A DNA stretch of 64,000 nt from an uncultured Catenibacterium sp. (GCF_934754625.1 NZ_CAKVIU010000001.1); one strand, 5' to 3'. Counted from the stretch's first letter, positions 1 to 15,040 are shown. Notes: generated by a model from the letters alone, not told the origin. Numbers and translations: made by a program.

Positions 1-613
1 TTACAACAGATAAGATATCTACCCCAGGATCATTCTTATGACCAATAATCTTAACAATATCACCCTTTAAATAAGGCTTGTACTTCTTAATCTCTACAAC
101 AACCTTATGTCCAGGCATAGCACCATGTGCATGGGCTTCATCTACATAAATCCAATCAGTAAACTTAGGATCATCAGGCATGATGATGAGTTCTTTTCTG
201 CCTTTTCTAACTAATCCTACAAGTCTTGTCATACCACGTTTAATGATCTTTACAACACGTCCTTCAGGTTTTCCTCTATAGACAGTTGTTTCAATCATAA
301 CCTCATCCTGGTCAAAAGCACCATTGAGGTTCTTACTATTAATATAGTATTCAGTCTCTTCATCAACCTTTACAAAACCAAATCCCTTTTTATTTAAACT
401 CAAAACACCTTTTAAATAATGGAAATCATCAATCAAATGATAGTTATTATGATTATCTCTAATCACTTCACCATCTTCTTCTAATCTATTCATAAGCTTT
501 ACAAATGCGATATATTCTTCAGTAGAATCATAATGTAGTGCACCTGCAAGAGCATCTATTCTTCTATCTTTTAAGTCTTTATTCTTTAATAATTCTAAAA
601 CATCTTCTCTCAT
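1..613 (-). CDS. rnr: Ribonuclease R, N-terminal part (gene continues beyond window start)
   Basis: Minus-strand ORF from ATG at 613-611 running off the window start. The translation has the RNase R N-terminal HTH and cold-shock/OB motifs (GFGFV, LVGLV). GAGGTG RBS upstream. Adjacent to secG as in the Bacillus secG-rnr arrangement. Confidence 0.75.
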   Translation of the reverse strand, partial: MREDVLELLKNKDLKDRRIDALAGALHYDSTEEYIAFVKLMNRLEEDGEVIRDNHNNYHLIDDFHYLKGVLSLNKKGFGFVKVDEETEYYINSKNLNGAFDQDEVMIETTVYRGKPEGRVVKIIKRGMTRLVGLVRKGRKELIIMPDDPKFTDWIYVDEAHAHGAMPGHKVVVEIKKYKPYLKGDIVKIIGHKNDPGVDILSVV

Positions 614-664
614 ATATTCACCTCCAGCAAAAGAAAAGAGGCACTCATAAGTGCCCCTTTATTA

Positions 665-886
665 TTATCCTGCCATTTTAATAAGAATTGCGATAACAAA
701 GAATGCAATACCTAGTCCTACAGTAATACGTGTAAGAACTAAATCCACACCTCTTTCTTTTTGCTGTGCAAAAAGATTAGAGCTCTGGCCAGTTAATGCA
801 TTAACAATACCATCAGTTTTTCCCGTTTGTAAAAGACACACAATAATTAGGGCTATAGAAACAATGATCAAAAGTACTTCTAACAT
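665..886 (-). CDS. secG: Preprotein translocase subunit SecG
   Basis: 73-aa two-TM protein with an LLQ.GK.DG...LTG central motif typical of SecG. Sits next to rnr. Confidence 0.8.
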   Translation of the reverse strand: MLEVLLIIVSIALIIVCLLQTGKTDGIVNALTGQSSNLFAQQKERGVDLVLTRITVGLGIAFFVIAILIKMAG

Positions 887-968
887 TTTTCCTGCCTCCT
901 TCTCTTTTAGACTTTTTTCTACATTAGCGAATAAATAATATCATAAAAATATATCGATTACAACACCT

Positions 969-2678
969 TTATTCGTTCGCACCATTGTTGTAATCAAGTG
1001 AAACAACACTAAAGCGGTTATTCTTTTCTATAAGTGTTACTTTCACGTTAATAGTTTGATAATTGTAATAGAAATTCTTTTTATTAAATGTAATCTCTAA
1101 TCCTACATCAGTATATTCATAATCCTCTAAACCACTTAATGTAACATCAGAAGCTCTTGTGTAGTTTACTTCATATGTTGTGACTTCATCTAGATTGGTC
1201 TTACTTGCGATCATATCATTCACATTCGCATAATAGCTAGACTTCGCAAACTCTTCAAAGTTATCTACACGATCATTATAGAAATACTGTGCACCACCAA
1301 TTTCATCTTTCTTCTTATTAGAGATAGTAAAGAAATCAATCGCAAATAATGCTGCAACATTCTGACAAGTATTTCTTTTAGTATGAGATGCTTTAATATC
1401 TTCATGTACTGACTTCATCAAAGAAGTAGGATGATTAGGTAAAGCATAACTAATCACTGGAGTATTCACGACTGGCTTTTTATCATTATGCTTGTAATAA
1501 ATAAATCCACCACTTATCGCAATTACAGCACATAAGAAACCAATAAGAATATATTTCACATGATGTCTTTGAGCTATCATCAAGTATGTCTTAGATTCTT
1601 TAATCTTAGGTAAATCATCTCTTTTTAAGAATATATTGATTATTGTAAGAAGAGGTTTATATTTACGTGAAATCATATTCGTATATTCTACGAATATTTC
1701 AAATACAAGTAGTAATAATGCGAATAATAGAAGTGATGCAGTGACACTATATATATGGATAAATGAACAGATAGAGAATAATGCAGTCGCAATATATAGA
1801 ATAAGAACACTCTTGGTTTGTCCTAGTTCTAGAGAGAACATCAATTTATGATGTAAATGTCCTTTATCTGCTTCATCAAAACGTTGATGATGTACTTTAC
1901 GTCTAATAATCGCAATGAGTGTATCCATAATAGGTACTGCAAGTACGACAATAGGTGCCCCTAAAGTAAAGAAGGTAGAGGTCTTAAAACCAAAACCTAA
2001 TAAAGAAATCACAGATAACATGAAACCGATAAATAAAGCGCCACAGTCACCCATGAATATTTTTGCAGGATGGAAGTTAAATACCAAGAATCCTCCAATA
2101 GATCCTGCAAGTAAGAGTGTTAATGAAGTGATATCTGTACGTCCATAATGAATAGAGATGAGTCCTGTCGTAATCAATACAATCATGGATATACCACCAC
2201 ATAAACCATCTAATCCATCAATGAGGTTTACTGCATTCGTAATACCTACAATCCATCCTAATGTTACTATTAAGGCAATAGAATAAGAAAGAATACTAGG
2301 AATATAAGGAATAGTAAATCCCTTTAAAGATATACCACCATAAAATATGACTATAAGAGCTGCAGCAACCTGTCCAAGAACCTTCATCTTTGGAGGAAGA
2401 TCATGAATATCATCATATAAGCCAAATAAGAATACAATCAAACCACCTATTAATATAGAGTTGATCTGATTATCTGTCTTAAGAAAGATCATTGCCCCTA
2501 ATAAGAATGCCACATAGATGGCATATCCACCTGTACGAGGAATAATACCATGATGTACAGTTCTATTATTAGTATGGGCTATTATACCCATTTCCTTTGT
2601 GATTTTACCGATAAAAGGGGTTAAGATGACAGATATAATGAATGTCACACAGAACGCTAATATATTATTGAGTGTCAT
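969..2678 (-). CDS. MraY/WecA-family (GT4) undecaprenyl-phosphate sugar-1-phosphate transferase with C-terminal extracytoplasmic extension
   Basis: Polytopic membrane protein with DD..D and NAVN.IDGLDGL motifs of the polyprenyl-phosphate N-acetylhexosamine-1-P transferase family. Start set at the internal ATG (MTLNNIL), which has an AGGAGG RBS; the upstream ORF extension has none. Confidence 0.7.
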   Translation of the reverse strand: MTLNNILAFCVTFIISVILTPFIGKITKEMGIIAHTNNRTVHHGIIPRTGGYAIYVAFLLGAMIFLKTDNQINSILIGGLIVFLFGLYDDIHDLPPKMKVLGQVAAALIVIFYGGISLKGFTIPYIPSILSYSIALIVTLGWIVGITNAVNLIDGLDGLCGGISMIVLITTGLISIHYGRTDITSLTLLLAGSIGGFLVFNFHPAKIFMGDCGALFIGFMLSVISLLGFGFKTSTFFTLGAPIVVLAVPIMDTLIAIIRRKVHHQRFDEADKGHLHHKLMFSLELGQTKSVLILYIATALFSICSFIHIYSVTASLLLFALLLLVFEIFVEYTNMISRKYKPLLTIINIFLKRDDLPKIKESKTYLMIAQRHHVKYILIGFLCAVIAISGGFIYYKHNDKKPVVNTPVISYALPNHPTSLMKSVHEDIKASHTKRNTCQNVAALFAIDFFTISNKKKDEIGGAQYFYNDRVDNFEEFAKSSYYANVNDMIASKTNLDEVTTYEVNYTRASDVTLSGLEDYEYTDVGLEITFNKKNFYYNYQTINVKVTLIEKNNRFSVVSLDYNNGANE

Positions 2679-2866
2679 AGATACCTCCTTATTATGCTCA
2701 TTATATATCAAATAGAAAGTATGTGCAAAACAATGAAATCTACCGCAATTCAAATCAATTACTGTATAATATAGATAGAGCGGATTTATACCAATTAAAA
2801 TATGTATTGTTTTTATTGGCATAAATGATATAATGTTATCGAAAAATAAAAATAGGAGGATTTATT

Positions 2867-3958
2867 ATGCATCGCTTAGGAATTTCAGTTTATCCTGAAA
2901 AATCAACTCAGAAAGAAGTCTATGATTACTTAGAACTTGCTGCTAAGTATGGCTTCTCAAGAATCTTTACTTGTTTATTATCAGTGAATGATCCAAAAGA
3001 AAAGATCATGAAGGACTTTGGAGAATTCATGGATAAAGCACATTCTTTAGGTTATGTTGTTGCAGTAGATACTAACCCAGAAGTATTTAAACATTTAGGG
3101 GCTACTTATAGTGATTTAAAACCATTCCATGATATGGGCGTAGATATCATCCGTCTTGATGGTTCATTTGGTACTACAGGAGATATCCAGGTTACTAGAA
3201 ACCCATATAATATTCAGATTGAATTCAACGGTTCTATGGACCAGGGTGTTGAATTATTACTTACAAATGGTGGAAACAAAGATCAGGTTATTATCTGTCA
3301 TAACTTCTTCCCAGAAAGATATTCTGGTTTAGACTGGAACTATTTCGTTAACTTCAATGCTTATTGGAAATCTTTAAATCTTCATACAGCAGCATTCGTA
3401 TCAAGTAATGAACCACATACACATGGTCCTTGGAATGTATTCTGTGGATTACCAACAGTAGAAATCTTAAGAGGTCTTCCAATTGATTTACAGGCTCGTT
3501 TAATGCTTGCAACTGGAGATGTAGATGATATTATCATTGGTAATGCTTATGCTTCAGAAGAAGAATTAAAAGCTTTATCAGAAGTTGATTACCAGAACAT
3601 CTGCTTCAAGATTGATGAAGTAGAAGGTTTATCAGATATCGAAAAGGAAATCATTTATGATTACTATCCACATTGGGACCGTTATGATCATTCTTCATTC
3701 TTCTTACGTTCATCTGGAAGCAGAGTAAAGTATAAGAATGAAAGCATCCCACATCGTGAAACAGAACAGAAGATGTTCCATCGTGGTGATGTATTAATCG
3801 TTAATGACAACTTAGCTCATTATCGTGGTGAATTAGAAATCGCATTAAGAGATATTCCAAATGATGGTGAAAGAAACCTTTGTGGTCATGTTAAGGAAGA
3901 AGAAATGATGTTCTTAGACATGATTGAACCAGGTCACTATTTCAAGATTATTAAATAA
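2867..3958 (+). CDS. DUF871 (MupG-like) family 6-phospho-sugar hydrolase
   Basis: 363-aa protein whose overall pattern matches the DUF871/MupG 6-phospho-N-acetylmuramidase-like family. Lies immediately upstream of a PTS EIICB gene. Recognition is from memory of the family, not from a search. Confidence 0.5.
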   Translation: MHRLGISVYPEKSTQKEVYDYLELAAKYGFSRIFTCLLSVNDPKEKIMKDFGEFMDKAHSLGYVVAVDTNPEVFKHLGATYSDLKPFHDMGVDIIRLDGSFGTTGDIQVTRNPYNIQIEFNGSMDQGVELLLTNGGNKDQVIICHNFFPERYSGLDWNYFVNFNAYWKSLNLHTAAFVSSNEPHTHGPWNVFCGLPTVEILRGLPIDLQARLMLATGDVDDIIIGNAYASEEELKALSEVDYQNICFKIDEVEGLSDIEKEIIYDYYPHWDRYDHSSFFLRSSGSRVKYKNESIPHRETEQKMFHRGDVLIVNDNLAHYRGELEIALRDIPNDGERNLCGHVKEEEMMFLDMIEPGHYFKIIK

Positions 3959-3964
3959 TAGTTG

Positions 3965-4008
3965 AGGATATATGCCGTGAATTTCACGGGACATATCCTT
4001 TTTTTTTG
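3965..4008 (+). terminator. Rho-independent terminator after the DUF871 gene
   Basis: Imperfect hairpin ggatatatgccgtgaa / ttcacgggacatatcc followed by a T9 run. Confidence 0.6.
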
Positions 4009-4194
4009 TGCCTATAAATCTATATGAAATTAAAATTATGTAGTATATATCGATGTAAATTAAATGCGTGAAAATTCACGGGTAAAGTGATAAATCATAG
4101 CCTATAGTCCCTCGTCCCTAACATCGGCCAAAGTATTGTGCAACCGCTTTCTCACGAGTAGTATGTAGGTAACAAAGGAAACGGAGGAAAAGAT

Positions 4195-5751
4195 ATGTTA
4201 CAAAAAATCCAGCGTTTCGGTGGTGCAATGTTCACACCAGTCATGTTATTTGCCTTTGCAGGTATAACAGTTGGTATTGGTACATTGTTTACTACTGAAG
4301 CTATTATGGGCGGTCTAGCTGATCCAAATGCATTATGGTATCAGGTTTGGAACGTTGTTCTTCAGGGAGGATGGACAGTATTCAACCAGTTACCATTACT
4401 CTTTGTAGTTGGCTTACCAATCGGACTTGCTAAAAAGCAGCAGGCTAGATGCTGTATGGAAGCTCTAGTACTTTATTTAACATTCCAGTACTTTCTCAAT
4501 ACTATCTTAAGTCAGTGGGGATCAACATTTGGTGTTGATTTCGCTGCCAAGATTGGAGGGACAAGTGGTCTTACAACGATCGCTAGTATCAAGACTTTAG
4601 ATATGGGGATGATTGGTGCGTTATTAATCTCATGTATCGTTGTTTATTTACATAATAAATTCTTCGATACTAAACTACCTGAATGGTTAGGAACATTTAG
4701 TGGTTCATCATTTGTTGTTATTGTTGGGTTCTTCGCTTTAATCCCAGTTGCATTCCTTGCTGCATGGTTATGGCCAATGATTCAGAATGGTATGCGTGCA
4801 TTCCAGGGATTTGTTATTGGTGCAGGATCAATAGGTGTTTGGATCTTTATCTTTATGGAACGTGTGCTTATTCCATTTGGATTACATCACTTATTATACT
4901 TCCCATTCTTCTATGATTCAGCCATTGTCAATGGTGGTGTTATCTCAGCATGGGCAAAGTTATTACCTCAGATGGCAGCATCTACTGCTTCATTAAAATC
5001 AATGGCACCTTGGGCATGGCCAAACCTTACAGGTTTATCAAAAATCTTTGGTTGTCCAGGTATCGCTCTTGCATTCTATGCAACAGCTAAGAAAGAAAAG
5101 AAAAAACAGATTGCTGGTTTATTAATTCCAATTACTTTAACTGCAATCTTCTGTGGTATTACAGAACCAATTGAATTTACATTCTTATTTGTTGCTCCAG
5201 TACTATTTGTTGTACATGCAGTACTTGCTGCAACACTAGCAACTACAGCTTATGCATTAGGTGTTGTTGGGGTATTATCTGGTGGTTTAATTGAAATGTC
5301 AGCTCTTAACTTTATTCCATTAATGGCTGCACATTGGCCAACATACTTAACATTATTAATTGTTGGTCTAGCATTTACAGGAATTTACTTCGTTGTATTT
5401 AGATTCTTAATTCTAAAATTTGATTTTAAGACTCCAGGACGTGAGGATGATGAAGAAATCAAATTCCACAGCAAGAAAGAGTTTAGAGAAAAACAGGCTG
5501 CAAGTAGTGCAGAAAAGTCAAGCTTAGCTGCTGCAATATTAGAAGGATTAGGTGGCAAAGATAACATCGTTGATGTCACTAACTGTGCAACACGTTTAAG
5601 AGTTAACGTAAAAGATGAAACATTAGTTCAATCTGATGCATACTTTAAGTCTGTTGGTGCGCATGGCTTAAAGGCTACTAAGAAGAATATCCAGGTTATT
5701 GTTGGATTATCAGTACCAAGTGTAAGAGAAGAATTTGAATCATTACTATAA
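4195..5751 (+). CDS. PTS glucose-family EIICB component (alpha-glucoside type)
   Basis: Polytopic EIIC domain followed by a C-terminal EIIB domain with the CATRLR phosphocysteine motif. Followed by a GH4 phospho-alpha-glucosidase and an EIIA-Glc gene. Confidence 0.8.
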   Translation: MLQKIQRFGGAMFTPVMLFAFAGITVGIGTLFTTEAIMGGLADPNALWYQVWNVVLQGGWTVFNQLPLLFVVGLPIGLAKKQQARCCMEALVLYLTFQYFLNTILSQWGSTFGVDFAAKIGGTSGLTTIASIKTLDMGMIGALLISCIVVYLHNKFFDTKLPEWLGTFSGSSFVVIVGFFALIPVAFLAAWLWPMIQNGMRAFQGFVIGAGSIGVWIFIFMERVLIPFGLHHLLYFPFFYDSAIVNGGVISAWAKLLPQMAASTASLKSMAPWAWPNLTGLSKIFGCPGIALAFYATAKKEKKKQIAGLLIPITLTAIFCGITEPIEFTFLFVAPVLFVVHAVLAATLATTAYALGVVGVLSGGLIEMSALNFIPLMAAHWPTYLTLLIVGLAFTGIYFVVFRFLILKFDFKTPGREDDEEIKFHSKKEFREKQAASSAEKSSLAAAILEGLGGKDNIVDVTNCATRLRVNVKDETLVQSDAYFKSVGAHGLKATKKNIQVIVGLSVPSVREEFESLL

Positions 5752-5775
5752 ATAAGAGAGAGGAGGCTGAATACA

Positions 5776-7597
<1,822 letters not shown>

Positions 7598-7598
7598 G

Positions 7599-8081
7599 AT
7601 GTTTAACTTATTTAAAAAGAAAAAGAACAGTGTACTTTATTCAATCGCAAATGGCAGAAGCGTTGCCATTGAAGATGTACCTGATGAAGTCTTTGCGACT
7701 AAAATGATGGGTGATGGCATTGCTGTAATTCCTGATGAAGGTAAGATTTATGCACCATGTAATGGGACTATATCTATGGTTATGGACAATACAAAACATG
7801 CTTTAGGTATTAAGACTGAAGATGGGTTAGAAATGTTGATTCATGTAGGATTAGATACTGTTAATTTACTTGGTGAGGGTTTTGAAACACATGTAGCTAC
7901 TGGTGATCAGGTAGAAACAGGTGAACTATTGATTACTTATAATAAAGAAAAACTAGAAAAAGAAGGAATCAATGATATTACGATGCTGGTTATTGTAAAA
8001 CCAGGTGATCACAAAATAATTAATTACCATACTAATAAAAGCGTTCGTATCATCGACACTCCCTTAATAGAATACGAATAA
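7599..8081 (+). CDS. PTS EIIA-Glc component
   Basis: 160-aa protein with the GDG(I/V)A..P....AP..G and IHVGLDTV (EIIA-Glc active-site His) motifs. Confidence 0.8.
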   Translation: MFNLFKKKKNSVLYSIANGRSVAIEDVPDEVFATKMMGDGIAVIPDEGKIYAPCNGTISMVMDNTKHALGIKTEDGLEMLIHVGLDTVNLLGEGFETHVATGDQVETGELLITYNKEKLEKEGINDITMLVIVKPGDHKIINYHTNKSVRIIDTPLIEYE

Positions 8082-8116
8082 GTCACAATAGTGGGCAGAA
8101 GTGACATAGGATGTAC

Positions 8117-8146
8117 TGAGAAGTACATCCTATTTTAATAATTTTG
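8117..8146 (+). terminator. Rho-independent terminator after the EIIA gene
   Basis: Hairpin taggatgtact-gagaa-gtacatccta followed by TTTTAA. Confidence 0.6.
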
Positions 8147-8178
8147 ATAATGGTGTAAAATATCCCCAGAGGTGGCAT

Positions 8179-8934
8179 ATGAGACTAGAAGAATTAGTGA
8201 ATAAGAATTATCAATCACTGAATGATAATGATTTATATATATGGAATTACATTATTCATCATAAGAAGGAATGTGAACGTTTATCTATTGATGAGCTTGC
8301 TTCAAGATGTAATGTATCACGTAGTACCATTTTGCGTTTTTCTAAACGTTTAGGATTAAAGGGCTATACTGAATTAAAGGTCTTTTTACGTATAGATAAT
8401 CAGATGACAGATCAAAGTGCTGTCGCTGATAATATGTATAATGCCTATGTGGATACTTTGAAGCAGTATAGAGAATATAATTATCGTGGTATTGTAGAAA
8501 GTATTTATAATGCGAAGAATCTCTATGTATATGGAACAGGTGTTCTTCAAAGTACAACTGCATCACATTTAAAGCGTGCCTTTTCATTGGCAGGGAAATT
8601 ATTTCTAGATATTGACCGATCTGCTGATTTTAGTGCTTATACAAGCTTACTTGAAAAAGGTGATGTTTTTGTCGCTATCTCTTATTCAGGGGAGAATAAA
8701 CACTTATTAGACTATATCAATCAGTTGAAATTAAAGGGTGTTATTATCGTGGCTATTACTTCTAATAAAGAAAATACATTATCTCATGTAGCTGATTATA
8801 GTCTACAGGCAAAACATTATTCAATTATGTCAAATAGAGGAAGAATAGAAGATTTACCAGGAAACTATTATGTTTTAATAGATTTTCTTGTGGCTTATTA
8901 TATTGAATATGCGAAAAGAAGAGGTAATCGATAA
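8179..8934 (+). CDS. RpiR/MurR-family transcriptional regulator (HTH_6 + SIS)
   Basis: N-terminal HTH (STILRFSKRLG..GY.ELK) and a C-terminal SIS domain pattern. Confidence 0.75.
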   Translation: MRLEELVNKNYQSLNDNDLYIWNYIIHHKKECERLSIDELASRCNVSRSTILRFSKRLGLKGYTELKVFLRIDNQMTDQSAVADNMYNAYVDTLKQYREYNYRGIVESIYNAKNLYVYGTGVLQSTTASHLKRAFSLAGKLFLDIDRSADFSAYTSLLEKGDVFVAISYSGENKHLLDYINQLKLKGVIIVAITSNKENTLSHVADYSLQAKHYSIMSNRGRIEDLPGNYYVLIDFLVAYYIEYAKRRGNR

Positions 8935-9686
8935 TGTCATTGGATAAATTAGTAGAAAGCCATTATGACCAGCTTAATGAAATTGATCTCTATATCTGGC
9001 AATATATACTCCATCATAAAAGAGAATGTCAGAAGATTTCTATTCATGAATTAGCACAGGCATGTAATGTGTCTCATACAAGTATATTGCGTTTTACTAA
9101 GAAGATAGGACTAGATGGATTTAGTGAATTAAAGGTTTATATTAAATGGGATTTATCACAGAAGTCAGAATTTACACCACAGATTATAGATGATGCTTGC
9201 AAGGGACTTAATAAGACTATTGAAGATATGAAAAACACTGATTTTACATCTATTTTTGATAAGATTAATCAAGCAGAACATGTTTTTGTATATGGCACAG
9301 GTGCTGTACAGAATCATATGGCAAAAGAGCTTAAAAGACACTTTATTTTTGCGAATAAAGTCTTTCAGGTTGTAGGTGATGGGATAGAAATAGATACTAT
9401 CTTGAATACTGTGACTGAACATGATTTCTTTATTATTATTTCTTTATCAGGGGATAATGAAGAATCTGTCACTTTAGCCCGTGCATTAAAAGGATTAAAG
9501 GTTCCTAGAATTGGTATTGCGAAATCAAATCATTGTTTATTATCTCAATATTGTGATGATATGATTGCTTTTAAGTATGAGGATTTTAAACTAGATACAG
9601 CTGATTTACGATATGGTAGTACAGCACATTTCTTTATTATCGCAGATCTACTTTTCTTGAAATATCTAGAATATATACAAAATTAA
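8934..9686 (+). CDS. RpiR/MurR-family transcriptional regulator (HTH_6 + SIS), tandem paralog
   Basis: Same architecture as the preceding gene (SILRFTKKIGLDGFSELK). Its start overlaps the upstream stop (ATAATG). Confidence 0.75.
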   Translation: MSLDKLVESHYDQLNEIDLYIWQYILHHKRECQKISIHELAQACNVSHTSILRFTKKIGLDGFSELKVYIKWDLSQKSEFTPQIIDDACKGLNKTIEDMKNTDFTSIFDKINQAEHVFVYGTGAVQNHMAKELKRHFIFANKVFQVVGDGIEIDTILNTVTEHDFFIIISLSGDNEESVTLARALKGLKVPRIGIAKSNHCLLSQYCDDMIAFKYEDFKLDTADLRYGSTAHFFIIADLLFLKYLEYIQN

Positions 9687-12156
<2,470 letters not shown>

Positions 12157-12248
12157 ACAATCACCTCATCTCTATTGTAATCTTTCTATCATATGTATCG
12201 CAAGAAATCTTAATATTCTATATAATGAATAACGGAGGTTGATTTTAC

Positions 12249-13241
12249 ATGAATATAAATGAAGGAGCAAGAATAGTTGTAGAAGACTGGCTCCATCTTA
12301 CAAAAGATAATTTAGTATATTTTGTGACAGATGAAACAAAATTAAAAGAAGCAGATGCTTTCTTAAAAGCATGTGATCATGTGGGTGCTAATTGTAAAGT
12401 TGTACAATTAAAATCACATGAAATACAAAATGGTAAAAGCATAGATGCTTTAAAGTGGGAAATGGCGAAAGCAGATGCAATAGTAGGGGCAACCAACTAT
12501 TCATTTATTACCACAGATGCCGTCAACTTTGCATTATCTCGTGGTGCACAGTTCTTATCTATGCCTATGTCTACTAATAATGGTGAATCATTATTTGAAC
12601 AGGAATTCTTAAAAATGGATCCTGATGAAGCGACAATGTTAGGTATGCCAATGTTCTGGGAATTACGTGATGCAAAAACAATACATGTTACTACTAAACG
12701 TGGTACAGACTTAACATTCGATATCACAGATCGTTTTCCAGGTATCTTCCATGGATCATTATGGGAAGTAGGGAAATGTTCTTCTTCAAGTTTTGAAATC
12801 TATATACCACCAGTAGAATATCATACAAATGGAACATTAATATTAGATGGTTCAATGGGATATATAGGTATAGTAGATAATCCAGTAGAAATCAAAATAG
12901 AGAATGGTTATATTACTTATATAGAAGATACTGAAGATGGACGTAAACTGAAAGAATACTTAGAATCATTTGAAGATCTAGAAATGTACTGCGCGGCAGA
13001 ATTTGGGATTGGTTTAAATACAATATCTAAGTGTCGTGGAGCTAGCTATATTGAAGATGAATCTGCTTTTGGGACATTCCATATTGGTTTTGGTAGAAAT
13101 CTTGCCTTAGGAGGCAGTCATAATGCGCGTGGACATTTTGATTTAGTGACACACAATCCAACAATTATAGTAGATGATAAGGTCATCATGAAGGATGGTC
13201 ATGCTAAGGCGATTCAACCGATTGAATGGGGAGTATTATAG
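12249..13241 (+). CDS. Aminopeptidase-like protein (M29/AmpS-related family, tentative)
   Basis: 330-aa soluble protein with an HIGFG...ARGHFD-type motif reminiscent of thermophilic-metalloprotease-like aminopeptidases. The family assignment is from memory and uncertain. Confidence 0.4.
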   Translation: MNINEGARIVVEDWLHLTKDNLVYFVTDETKLKEADAFLKACDHVGANCKVVQLKSHEIQNGKSIDALKWEMAKADAIVGATNYSFITTDAVNFALSRGAQFLSMPMSTNNGESLFEQEFLKMDPDEATMLGMPMFWELRDAKTIHVTTKRGTDLTFDITDRFPGIFHGSLWEVGKCSSSSFEIYIPPVEYHTNGTLILDGSMGYIGIVDNPVEIKIENGYITYIEDTEDGRKLKEYLESFEDLEMYCAAEFGIGLNTISKCRGASYIEDESAFGTFHIGFGRNLALGGSHNARGHFDLVTHNPTIIVDDKVIMKDGHAKAIQPIEWGVL

Positions 13242-13385
13242 TACTCCTCTTTTGTTTGTTAAAATATCAAAAATGTAAGGGTATTCAATTTGTATTTTGA
13301 TGAAATTTTATGTTTATCAATTTGCATATAGCGACATTTATTGGTATAATTATTTCATCATTTTACGAAGGAAGAGGAAAAACAT

Positions 13386-14087
13386 ATGAATGATGCTATT
13401 AAACTTATCGGTATCGTAATTGTCGTTATTGGGTTCGTAATGAAATTCGATACTCTTGCAACAGTTGTTGTTGCTGGTTTAGTAACAGGTTTAATCAGTG
13501 GTATGTCTGTCATGGACATTTTAAATACACTAGGTACAGCCTTTTTAACTAACCGTACAGCAACTTTATTTATTTTAACTTTACCAGTTGTAGGTCTATG
13601 TGAACGTATGGGCTTACGTGATAAAGCGGTTGACTTGATTAAGAGTATTAAGAACGCTACTACAGGTCGCTTATTAGTGATCTGGGAAGGTGTGCGTACT
13701 CTTGCATCTGCTTTCTCATTAAGAATTGGTGGTCATCCACAGTTCATCCGTCCATTAATCAATCCAATGGCTCAGGCTGCTGCGATTGCGAAATATGGTG
13801 ATATTGATGAAGAAACAGAAGATCAGATCAAAGGTATGGCTGCAGCTTCTGAAAACTATGGTAACTTCTTTGCTCAGAACTGTTTCATGGGTGCTTCAGG
13901 AACATTACTTATCGTTTCAACTTTAAACGAATTATTTAAGTCACATGGTGTTGACCAGGTTGTTACTGCCAACCAGATTGCATTATGGTCTATCCCAATT
14001 GCAATTATTTCTGTATTTGTTGGTGGCGCTTATGCTTTATGGTTCGATAAGAAACTTAATAAGAAATATGGAAAGGGAGGCAAATAA
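13386..14087 (+). CDS. DUF969 family membrane protein
   Basis: 233-aa polytopic membrane protein. Occupies the conserved neighbourhood upstream of pcp together with the DUF979 partner. Confidence 0.6.
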   Translation: MNDAIKLIGIVIVVIGFVMKFDTLATVVVAGLVTGLISGMSVMDILNTLGTAFLTNRTATLFILTLPVVGLCERMGLRDKAVDLIKSIKNATTGRLLVIWEGVRTLASAFSLRIGGHPQFIRPLINPMAQAAAIAKYGDIDEETEDQIKGMAAASENYGNFFAQNCFMGASGTLLIVSTLNELFKSHGVDQVVTANQIALWSIPIAIISVFVGGAYALWFDKKLNKKYGKGGK

Positions 14088-14089
14088 CA

Positions 14090-15028
14090 ATGTTACAAAT
14101 TGAATGGAATACAGCTACTATTATCGCAGAAGTATTCTACTGCGTAATTGGTGCAATCTTTGCTGCAACAGGGTTTAATGCCTTAACTAATAAAGACTGT
14201 GAAAAGCCAGTAACTACTGCAATTTTCTGGTTCTTAATTGCTGCTTCATTTATGGTTGGACCATATATCCCAACTTGGATTACTGGTTTAATCGTAGTTC
14301 TTCTTGCTGTTTTATCTGGTTTAGGTTTAGTAAAACCAGCTGCAAGACATATCCCAACTGCTAAGGAAACTCGTGATAATGCAGACAAATATGGATATAA
14401 ATCATTTATCCCACCAGTATGCTTAGCTCTTGTTGCCGTATTAGTTGCAACTTTCTTACCAAATCTTGGTGCAAACAATGCGATTGGTATTAGTGCTGCT
14501 TGTGCATTAATCGTTGCATATATCATCTTCAAACCAAAACTATCTACACCTTTTAAAGATGGTGTGAGATTAAATGATAATGTTGGTTCTACAGGTATCT
14601 TACCTCAGGTATTATCTGCTTTAGGTTCATTATTTACTGCAGCTGGTGTAGGTGCTGTAATCGCTGCTGGCGTAGGTGCACTTATCCCTGAAGGAAATCA
14701 CTTAATTGCAGTAATCTTCTATTGTGTAGGTATGGCATTATTTACAATGATCATGGGTAATGGTTTTGCTGCCTTCGCTGTTATTACAGTAGGTATCGGT
14801 TATCCATTCTTAATTGCACAGGGTGCAAATCCACTTGTTGTTGGTGCTTTAGGTTTAACTGCAGGTTACTGTGGTACATTAATGACTCCTATGGCTGCAA
14901 ACTTCAACATCATGCCTGCTGCATTACTGGAAACTAAGAATAAATACAGAATTATTATGACTCAGGTTCCAGTTGCATTAATTATGTTAGTAATTCATAT
15001 TATCTTAATGTATGTTTTAGCATTCTAA
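14090..15028 (+). CDS. DUF979 family membrane protein
   Basis: 312-aa polytopic membrane protein, immediately downstream of the DUF969 gene and upstream of pcp. Confidence 0.6.
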   Translation: MLQIEWNTATIIAEVFYCVIGAIFAATGFNALTNKDCEKPVTTAIFWFLIAASFMVGPYIPTWITGLIVVLLAVLSGLGLVKPAARHIPTAKETRDNADKYGYKSFIPPVCLALVAVLVATFLPNLGANNAIGISAACALIVAYIIFKPKLSTPFKDGVRLNDNVGSTGILPQVLSALGSLFTAAGVGAVIAAGVGALIPEGNHLIAVIFYCVGMALFTMIMGNGFAAFAVITVGIGYPFLIAQGANPLVVGALGLTAGYCGTLMTPMAANFNIMPAALLETKNKYRIIMTQVPVALIMLVIHIILMYVLAF

Positions 15029-15040
15029 GGAGGCTTTTAA

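Noticed and set aside
651-938. 95-aa plus-strand ORF
   Set aside because: It lies entirely antisense to the well-supported secG gene (665-886, minus strand), and has no RBS and no motifs.
1636-2148. Two plus-strand ORFs (71 and 77 aa)
   Set aside because: Both are embedded antisense within the GT4 membrane transferase gene. They are typical low-complexity shadow ORFs of an AT-rich genome.
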